Of a stretch of 24,000 bases of DNA, positions 9,973-15,841 are shown one piece after another. Under the pieces are notes generated by a model. The model ran no database searches. It was not told the origin of the DNA and saw only the letters and a list, made by a program, of their open reading frames with translations. The DNA is from an uncultured Methylophaga sp. (GTDB taxonomy: Bacteria; Pseudomonadota; Gammaproteobacteria; Nitrosococcales; Methylophagaceae). The DNA is taken from the NCBI GenBank assembly GCA_965229455.1, contig OZ245877.1, positions 60,685 through 84,684 on the forward strand, read 5' to 3'. Position 1 is the stretch's first letter; each line of letters begins with the position of its first letter. Made by a program: the position numbers and the translations under genes.

Positions 9973-10266
9973 ATGAAACAAACAGGCTTACCACTCAGTT
10001 TTGCCCTCCTGCTGATCATCAGCAGCAGTGGCCTGCAGGCTGAAGAAGGTCGCTACGCCAGTGCTAACGGTCACCCATTCGAAGATTTTGTCGTCGATAC
10101 CGCCGGAGGTCTGACTGACTCAGAGATGGCAAATATGCGGGCACAGGGCTTCCAGATGCCCCCCGTCGAAATCGGCGTCATTCTCTGGGATGAGGTAGAC
10201 AGTATCACCAGACCGAAAGCACAACTGACAAATACAGATGGCACGATTACCGTCACGGTTGAATGA
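9973..10266 (+). CDS. Small secreted protein, first gene of the fap-like operon (no canonical Fap counterpart recognised)
   Basis: Signal peptide MKQTGLPLSFALLLIISSSGLQA/EE, with a mature part of about 73 aa. The stop TGA (10264..10266) is 1 nt from the fapA-like ATG (10268), which suggests translational coupling. There is no obvious SD sequence. Alternative starts are at 9964 (ATG) and 9949 (GTG). Confidence 0.5.
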   Translation: MKQTGLPLSFALLLIISSSGLQAEEGRYASANGHPFEDFVVDTAGGLTDSEMANMRAQGFQMPPVEIGVILWDEVDSITRPKAQLTNTDGTITVTVE

Positions 10267-10267
10267 C

Positions 10268-10762
10268 ATGAAGAAAATAAACAACGTTTATGCAGTCATT
10301 GATGCCGCGGTCATTATTGCCCTCCTGGCAATAGCCTCATCAGTACAGGCTGAGCCCGGCGATATCATCATCATTCGCGATGTCCCTGCCCAGCGCTGGG
10401 ATGTCAATCGTCATACCGGCCAGCCAACTGTGATCAACCCCTCCCCGGTCAGAGAAACCGGCAGCCTGAACAGCACCCTCAACAACATGGGCTTGCAGGA
10501 ACTGACTGATCAGCAATTTTCCGGTATCACATCGAATGTCAATGATTCGATATCCCCGATTAACACCCAGTTCACCAGCACCCTGACCAAAGAATTAGGG
10601 GGTCACGGCAGCGGCGGCAGCAGTGTCGGCGGACATATGGGCGCGATTAACGGCATGACTTCCGGCATCGGAGGCAGTATTTCCGGCAGTGTCGGCGGTG
10701 CCACCCGCAGCCTCGGCAATGATATTCGTGGTGCCTTATCGGACACCTTACCAGGTAGATAA
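10268..10762 (+). CDS. fapA: FapA-like periplasmic, probably disordered, amyloid accessory protein
   Basis: The ORF track starts at 10238. The ATG at 10268 gives the signal peptide MKKINNVYAVIDAAVIIALLAIASSVQA/EP. The mature protein is S/T/N/G-rich with a low-complexity G/S tail (GGHGSGGSSVGGHMGAINGMTSGIGGSISGSVGG). Position immediately upstream of the FapB-like gene and the size (164 aa) fit FapA. This call is positional and compositional only. Confidence 0.55.
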   Translation: MKKINNVYAVIDAAVIIALLAIASSVQAEPGDIIIIRDVPAQRWDVNRHTGQPTVINPSPVRETGSLNSTLNNMGLQELTDQQFSGITSNVNDSISPINTQFTSTLTKELGGHGSGGSSVGGHMGAINGMTSGIGGSISGSVGGATRSLGNDIRGALSDTLPGR

Positions 10763-10764
10763 CC

Positions 10765-11382
10765 ATGAAGCTTTTACCTATCAGTCTCCTGTTTGCTTCA
10801 TTGCTGCCAAGCTTACCGGTCGCCATCGCTGATGATGCATCGATGGGCCTGCCTTATGCCATCAACAACAGCATGATCGACGGTAACGCGCTCAGTGGAG
10901 CCCGGGGCCGCAATGTTGTGAATATGGCTGCCGGTGAGGCCAACGCCCAGCAAAACGCTGCGGCGATTGCACTCAATCCCAATGGCGTTGCCAATGTTGG
11001 CCTCTTTTCACAGCAGAACCTACATCAGAATTCCAGCACGGTCCCCGGTTTATCGGTCTCCGGTATTGGCGGTAATGCCTTTACCAATACGGTCGGTGCC
11101 TTATCGATTAACCAGACCAGTGGTTCGGGCAATGCCCAGGTCAATGGGATGGCTATCGGTATCGGGCTGGATGTCAACGTCATGTCGGAAAGCATGCTTT
11201 CCAACATGTCGACCGGGGCTGGACTGGCAGCCCACGAACCAGACGGGGGGACCCGAAGCGCCACTATCGCAGATAGTGCCTTCACCGGTTCTCGCGGGCT
11301 GGTGCAAGTTAACCAGTCAGCCGGGTCGGGCAATAGCACGGCCAACCACTTTGTTCTCGAATTCGATTTGGGAACGAAATAA
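10765..11382 (+). CDS. fapB: FapB-like minor/nucleator amyloid subunit (three imperfect repeats)
   Basis: Signal peptide ..LPVAIA/DD. Three repeats share the pattern x-[LF]-x-G-x-x-G-x-x-x-[VI]-N-x-x-[AS]-G-x-x-N-x-Q-x-N. The same repeat family appears in the next gene. It starts 2 nt after the fapA-like stop. Confidence 0.8.
   Translation: MKLLPISLLFASLLPSLPVAIADDASMGLPYAINNSMIDGNALSGARGRNVVNMAAGEANAQQNAAAIALNPNGVANVGLFSQQNLHQNSSTVPGLSVSGIGGNAFTNTVGALSINQTSGSGNAQVNGMAIGIGLDVNVMSESMLSNMSTGAGLAAHEPDGGTRSATIADSAFTGSRGLVQVNQSAGSGNSTANHFVLEFDLGTK
10885..10974 (+). repeat. FapB-like repeat 1 (NALSGARGRNVVNMAAGEANAQQNAAAIAL)
   Basis: Protein-level imperfect repeat read directly from the translation, aa 41-70. 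Confidence 0.75.
11074..11157 (+). repeat. FapB-like repeat 2 (NAFTNTVGALSINQTSGSGNAQVNGMAI)
   Basis: Protein-level imperfect repeat, aa 104-131. Confidence 0.75.
11272..11358 (+). repeat. FapB-like repeat 3 (DSAFTGSRGLVQVNQSAGSGNSTANHFVL)
   Basis: Protein-level imperfect repeat, aa 170-198. Confidence 0.75.
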
Positions 11383-11405
11383 ATAGTGATTAAAAGGAGA
11401 AAGTC

Positions 11406-12584
11406 ATGAAATTTGCAACTAAATACACCCCCATTGCCGTCGCGTTGGCGGCGCTGGCTGCGGGGCCCGCAATGGCCGATGGTACAGCCGATCTCACTCT
11501 GCTGGTTGATGCCAAGGTCAACGCCCGGGCTGATCTGGGACTGAGCGTGTCGGAATACAAAAACGATACCGAAGTCACCGTCGAAAAAACCTCTGACACT
11601 GATCGTTATATTGATGTCAAAGGCGATATCGACGTTGAAGGTACGATTCCCGTTGGCAGCAGCTCTGCTTCGCTGACCAGTCAGAATCAGAACAACTATG
11701 AAAACACCAACATTGATGACGGTCATGGTGATTTCCTGGTGGATAACAAAGCTGAGTCTGTTGAAAATGGTCTGCAAGGTGCGAGTGGTAATATCGGTCT
11801 GAACATCTCTGCCGGTACCAACAATGCACAGGACAACAGCGCAGCGTTATCCAAAGTGGATGCTGAGTTTGTGTTTGCTGCTGCTGACTCTATTTCCAAC
11901 CAGAATGCAGAACGTAACACCTATGCCTACAAAGGCAATCAGTTTGATGCCACCCTGGGTGGAAACACACTGCGTGATGCCAGCGGTAATATTGCCGTCA
12001 ACATCGCCGCCGGTAACAGTAATCTGCAAGCCAACTCACTCGCTGCCTCTGTTAACACCAGCGGCACCATGGCAGAAGCCACTGTTTCCAGTCAGCAAAC
12101 CCTGGATCACAACGTCACCCATCAACAAGGTTACCTGGACAAAAAATATGACACTGTCAATGTGACCATGGTCGGTGGACTCATTGGTGGTTACAAAGGC
12201 ACTTCAGACCAGATTGGTGATGTCTATCCAGACATCTGGACTGGTGACACCCACCCAGACGGTATTCAAGTAGGCCATTTTGATCTTGATACCAATACGC
12301 AAGGTGGCTCTGACCTCAATGATGATGGGGGTGCGCTGGCATTCAACGAAGAAGGCAAAATCCTACTCGGTGGTGTGTTCACCGGTCAGGTTGTGACTGC
12401 CAACTGGATTGTTCGTCCGCATGAAAACAATGCCACCCTGAGTGGTAATGCGCTACGCGGCGCCAGCGGTAACATCGGGGTCAATATCACCGCAGGTACC
12501 AACAACCTGCAAGGCAACCATTTGTCTATCGCTGCAGCGACTGGCGGACCGGGTGCTGGTGGCGGCGGTGGTGGCGAACAATAA
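11406..12584 (+). CDS. fapC: FapC-like major functional-amyloid subunit (three conserved repeats, long linker 2, poly-Gly tail)
   Basis: Strongest RBS in the operon (aaaaggagaaagtcATG). Signal peptide MKFATKYTPIAVALAALAAGPAMA/DG. Three highly similar repeat cores, [LQ/LR][GD]ASGNI[GA][LV]NI[SAT]AG[TN][NS]N[AL]Q[DAG]N. The R1-L1-R2-L2-R3 architecture is characteristic of FapC. The protein is N/Q/G/A/T-rich and has no Cys. Confidence 0.85.
   Translation: MKFATKYTPIAVALAALAAGPAMADGTADLTLLVDAKVNARADLGLSVSEYKNDTEVTVEKTSDTDRYIDVKGDIDVEGTIPVGSSSASLTSQNQNNYENTNIDDGHGDFLVDNKAESVENGLQGASGNIGLNISAGTNNAQDNSAALSKVDAEFVFAAADSISNQNAERNTYAYKGNQFDATLGGNTLRDASGNIAVNIAAGNSNLQANSLAASVNTSGTMAEATVSSQQTLDHNVTHQQGYLDKKYDTVNVTMVGGLIGGYKGTSDQIGDVYPDIWTGDTHPDGIQVGHFDLDTNTQGGSDLNDDGGALAFNEEGKILLGGVFTGQVVTANWIVRPHENNATLSGNALRGASGNIGVNITAGTNNLQGNHLSIAAATGGPGAGGGGGGEQ
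11772..11849 (+). repeat. FapC-like repeat core R1 (LQGASGNIGLNISAGTNNAQDNSAAL)
   Basis: aa 123-148. Codon positions were verified against the nucleotide sequence. Confidence 0.85.
11970..12047 (+). repeat. FapC-like repeat core R2 (LRDASGNIAVNIAAGNSNLQANSLAA)
   Basis: aa 189-214. Codon positions were verified. Confidence 0.85.
12453..12536 (+). repeat. FapC-like repeat core R3 (LRGASGNIGVNITAGTNNLQGNHLSIAA)
   Basis: aa 350-377. Codon positions were verified. Confidence 0.85.
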
Positions 12585-12624
12585 GGAAATCGAACCCCTA
12601 TTGGGTTTGATGCCACCCATGAAT

Positions 12625-12652
12625 CTCCGGCTCCGTTTGGAGCCGGAGTTTT
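12625..12652 (+). terminator. Intra-operon rho-independent terminator/attenuator between the fapC-like and fapD-like genes
   Basis: Perfect 10-bp GC-rich stem CTCCGGCTCC / GGAGCCGGAG with loop GTTT, followed by TTTT. It lies 40 nt after the fapC-like stop and immediately before the GGAGA RBS of the next gene. Confidence 0.75.
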
Positions 12653-12668
12653 CCTGGAGACCGTCGCA

Positions 12669-13370
12669 ATGCAAGTGATTAAAAGCACCTTATTGCTGTT
12701 GGGCGCATCCGGCCTGTGGCTGACGATGTCCTTCAGTAGTGCCGCGAATATTCAGTTCAGCGGTGTCGTCCCCGGCACCATGATCAATAAAAACATTATC
12801 AGTATGCGTGAGCAGCATTTCGTCAATATGGTGCCGCAGCAGACTGACTTCAGTTGTGGTGCCGCCGCACTGGCAACCATCCTGAACTATGCCTATAACT
12901 TCGAATTAACCGAAGCCGATGTCATTGAAGGCATGCTCAAGGTCAGCGACCCGCAACTGGTGCAAAGTAAGGGGTTTTCTTTACTGGATATTAAGAATTA
13001 CGTAGAGACCCTGGGGCTGCGCGGACGCGGATACTCGGTCAATCCAGACATCCTGGATCGCATCAAAATCCCCACTATCGCTTTGCTGGATATAAGAGGT
13101 TACAAGCACTTTGTGGTGCTTAAAACCGCGACTCAAGACAAGGTATATATCGCTGATCCGGCCCTGGGCAACAGGGTCATGGACAGGCAGGACTTTATTG
13201 ATGGTTGGAACAAAGTCACTTTCGCCGTCATTGGCGATGGTTTTGACCGTGACACCATTCTGTTACGTCCCAGGGAACCACTGACCGCAAGAAGTACGGT
13301 TGATACATGGCGACCGCTGACTGATGCGGAGTTGCTCGAGTTCGGGTTTTATCGATCCGAGTTGTTCTGA
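12669..13370 (+). CDS. fapD: FapD-like periplasmic C39-family cysteine peptidase
   Basis: Sec signal peptide (MQVIKSTLLLLGASGLWLTMSFSSA/AN). C39 catalytic motifs: QTDFSCGAAALATIL (Cys63, codon 12855..12857), GYKHFVVL (His) and YIADPALG (Asp). 233 aa, with no fused ABC-transporter domains. Confidence 0.85.
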   Translation: MQVIKSTLLLLGASGLWLTMSFSSAANIQFSGVVPGTMINKNIISMREQHFVNMVPQQTDFSCGAAALATILNYAYNFELTEADVIEGMLKVSDPQLVQSKGFSLLDIKNYVETLGLRGRGYSVNPDILDRIKIPTIALLDIRGYKHFVVLKTATQDKVYIADPALGNRVMDRQDFIDGWNKVTFAVIGDGFDRDTILLRPREPLTARSTVDTWRPLTDAELLEFGFYRSELF

Positions 13371-13419
13371 TGCCTGCCTGAACATGCATTGTCGCTGACG
13401 GAAAGGCTCGGCAATCAGT

Positions 13420-14304
13420 ATGGAGAAAGGACAAATGAGAATCATGATAAGTACGGACGGCAAGGAGAGCTCTCCGCCAACCAGCCAGGAAGGCCTTCCC
13501 GCGACCCGGCGCTTTAAACCGAAAGCCGTCGCGTTATCCGCCGCCCTGATTTTCTGCATTACAGCGCCCCATCATGCCTATGCCGAACTCCCTGAAATGG
13601 GGGTTTTTGCTAACGCCCACGAGCTTTCAGATGATGTGCTGGGAGAAACGCGCGGTAAATTCGTATCAGGCGGCCAGATCATGACTTTTGGGGTGCAGAT
13701 GATGACTGAATGGATTACCTCATCGGGTGAGGTGATCAATGCCAGCGGCAGGCTCGCAATCAGTATGGGACAGGGTCAGCCCAGAGTCAGTTTTGAACCC
13801 GTGATTAACGTTCACCAGGTACAGGTAAACCAGGTTGCAGTCTCTCAAGGCACCAATGTTGTCAGCGGCAGCAAAGGGCTCGATAGTGTGACGGGGGTGG
13901 TTCAGAGTATTCAGGTCGCGGGCAATGCGAATGGTATCGGTAATTCCATCGGTGTTTCTGTCAGGCGATACAACGGTGGTCATGGCGTTAACACATCGAA
14001 TTCACCTGGAAACCTGAACGTAATTACACCTTCAGGTAATGCAGCCAGCGTCTCATTGGCTAACAATGGATTATCTGTTGCCGTCGACGTCGTTGACCAG
14101 GGTCAGGCACAGCAGGCGATTCGGAGCATCTCCCAGGGCAATGGACAGGTCATGCAGTCAGTCCGTCTGGGCGGCAGCCTGAATCAAATTCGCAACATGA
14201 TTAACCTGGATATTCAGACCCGGATTGATCGAACAGGCCCGAATCTGAATCAGCAGCAGGTGCTATCGTCCCTGCGCCAGTTATCTCCCACACTGAATTT
14301 CTAG
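13420..14304 (+). CDS. fapE: FapE-like secreted Q/N/G/V-rich protein (minor fibril component)
   Basis: Position between the C39 peptidase and the OM barrel gene. Signal peptide ..ALIFCITAPHHAYA/EL. Q/N/V/G/S-rich beta-prone sequence (VHQVQVNQVAVSQGTNVVSG, QSIQVAGNANGIGNSIGVSV). The start is ambiguous among ATGs at 13420, 13435 and 13444. Confidence 0.6.
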   Translation: MEKGQMRIMISTDGKESSPPTSQEGLPATRRFKPKAVALSAALIFCITAPHHAYAELPEMGVFANAHELSDDVLGETRGKFVSGGQIMTFGVQMMTEWITSSGEVINASGRLAISMGQGQPRVSFEPVINVHQVQVNQVAVSQGTNVVSGSKGLDSVTGVVQSIQVAGNANGIGNSIGVSVRRYNGGHGVNTSNSPGNLNVITPSGNAASVSLANNGLSVAVDVVDQGQAQQAIRSISQGNGQVMQSVRLGGSLNQIRNMINLDIQTRIDRTGPNLNQQQVLSSLRQLSPTLNF

Positions 14305-14408
14305 CATGGCTTAACTGATCATGAATAAGCACTCAAACCCGTCGATCAATAAACCCATACAAGCTGTTTGACAGCTATCGCAATGGGATAACCAGCCAGG
14401 AGCCTGTC

Positions 14409-15686
14409 ATGACTGAGACATCATTTCCTCACCGCGCCCTTAGCCTCTGTATCGGTCTGGCCCTGGCCTCACCGATACAGGCGGCTACCGATGAAGAAGT
14501 TGCGGCGTTGCAGCAGCAAGTTAAGGAAATACAGCATCGTTATGAACAACAAAATGCGGTGCTCAGAGCCATGGCGGTTAAGATACAACTGTTGGAGCAA
14601 GAGTCTAAGCCACGTTCGGTGAAGGTCGGCGGCAATACGCCACCTCAGCCTGGCACTTCCGCCGAACAGGGTGAGCCGCAAGCGACCACTCAGCAGGCGC
14701 AGACTGAAGGAGAGGTGGTCAAAGAAGCCCCGGCCTCACGCAGTGCCGAAGCGGTCTACCGCGAACAGCACACCCTGTTTGACCGCAAATTCACCATCGA
14801 ACCCGGTTTGAGCTATTCACACTCAGACAGAAGAGACTTGTTCCTTAACGGTTTTCTCGCTCTGGATGCCATATTCCTCGGCGATTTGAGCCTGGACAGA
14901 ATTAAGGCCGATACCTGGACCTTCGATCTTACCGGCCGTTACAGCTACAGTGATCGTCTGCAATTTGATGTCAATGTCCCCTACCTCTATCGTGATTCAT
15001 CATTCTCAACCGTAGGGGCCGGCTTCGCTACCAACTCGGTTGCCGAAGACGATGTCTCAAACGGCGATCTCGGCGATATCAGCTTCGGTGCTTTCTATCG
15101 TCTGTTCCAGGAGCAGGGCTCACGACCTGATACTGTCGTCAGCTTACGGGTTAAAGCACCGACAGGTAAGGATCCCTACGGTATTAAATTCATCACCGTC
15201 TCCGACAGTGGTGATAATCTGACCATACCGACGGAGTTGCCGACCGGTAATGGTGTCTGGTCTATCACGCCGGGCATCAGCTTTATCAAAACGACTGATC
15301 CGGCAATTTTGTTCGCCAATCTGTCCTATACCTATCACTTTGAGCGTTCATTCAGTGATATCAGTACAGACCCGGAGACGCGTACCAGCGCAGATGTTGA
15401 TCTGGGTGACAGTTTTGCAATCGGCGCCGGTTTTGCTTTTGCACTCAATGAAAACCTCAGCGCAAGCATGTCTTATTCGCACCGTATTACCCGCGAAACC
15501 AGTATTAAACAACGGGGCCAGTCTGAAGTGAGCGTCAACGGCAGCGATGCCAGCGCCGGCCTGCTGAACTTCGGTCTCAGTTATGGCCTGGCCGATAACC
15601 TGACGATGTCGGCCAGTGTCGGTATTGGCATCACTCCGGATGCACCGGATGTCACTGTAAGCGTGCGCTTCCCTTATAACTTCTGA
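14409..15686 (+). CDS. fapF: FapF-like outer-membrane amyloid secretion channel (coiled coil + disordered linker + beta-barrel)
   Basis: RBS aggagcctgtcATG. Signal peptide ..LASPIQA/AT. Heptad-patterned helix ATDEEVAALQQQVKEIQHRYEQQNAVLRAMAVKIQLLEQE (14487..14606). P/Q/E/T-rich linker (14607..14753). About 300 aa of alternating-polarity beta-strands ending in the OMP C-terminal signature VRFPYNF. Confidence 0.8.
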   Translation: MTETSFPHRALSLCIGLALASPIQAATDEEVAALQQQVKEIQHRYEQQNAVLRAMAVKIQLLEQESKPRSVKVGGNTPPQPGTSAEQGEPQATTQQAQTEGEVVKEAPASRSAEAVYREQHTLFDRKFTIEPGLSYSHSDRRDLFLNGFLALDAIFLGDLSLDRIKADTWTFDLTGRYSYSDRLQFDVNVPYLYRDSSFSTVGAGFATNSVAEDDVSNGDLGDISFGAFYRLFQEQGSRPDTVVSLRVKAPTGKDPYGIKFITVSDSGDNLTIPTELPTGNGVWSITPGISFIKTTDPAILFANLSYTYHFERSFSDISTDPETRTSADVDLGDSFAIGAGFAFALNENLSASMSYSHRITRETSIKQRGQSEVSVNGSDASAGLLNFGLSYGLADNLTMSASVGIGITPDAPDVTVSVRFPYNF

Positions 15687-15697
15687 TGATCGTCTCA

Positions 15698-15740
15698 GAC
15701 AAAGCCGCACTCTCTGATCAACGCGGCTTTGTCTTATTAT
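15698..15740 (+). terminator. Putative operon-end terminator
   Basis: 11-bp stem GACAAAGCCGC / GCGGCTTTGTC (15698..15708 and 15723..15733) with a 14-nt loop, followed by TTATTAT. It lies 12 nt after the fapF-like stop. Confidence 0.55.
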
Positions 15741-15841
15741 CAGTGAACATAGGCCTCCACCCTTCTGTCTTATAGTTACAGGCTCCCGCATGTTACGGTG
15801 AAGTAACTGTTGAGCTCAAAAAAACGAACAGGAGGCGCACT

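Noticed and set aside
11025-11777. 250-aa minus-strand ORF spanning the fapB/fapC junction, plus other long antisense or alternative-frame ORFs (for example 793..1293-, 4421..5215-, 10934..11386+, 12386..12688-, 15348..15791-, 9266..9661-)
   Set aside because: They lie entirely within or antisense to ORFs with strong homology or signal-peptide evidence. They have no RBS and give low-complexity or Arg/Pro-rich nonsense translations. These are typical shadow ORFs in GC-rich coding DNA.
10765-12584. Curli (CsgB/CsgA) interpretation of the two repeat proteins, because of the N-Q-x-x-G-S-G-N-x-x-x-N-like repeat units
   Set aside because: No csgE/F/G-like genes are present. The cluster instead carries a C39 peptidase and a coiled-coil/barrel OMP. 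Each protein has three long repeats separated by linkers rather than five contiguous ~20-aa curli units. The Fap family fits better.
12541-12584. Poly-Gly C-terminus of the FapC-like protein (GGPGAGGGGGGEQ) as a frameshift or sequencing artefact
   Set aside because: The GGY/GGC codons are varied (ggc gga ccg ggt gct ggt ggc ggc ggt ggt ggc) rather than a homopolymer run. The ORF ends in a clean TAA followed by a terminator. I kept it as a real, if unusual, feature.
12669-13370. C39 peptidase as part of a class II bacteriocin / type I secretion locus
   Set aside because: The protein has a Sec signal peptide and no fused or adjacent ABC-transporter, MFP or TolC-like gene. The neighbouring proteins all carry Sec signal peptides rather than N-terminal GG leaders.
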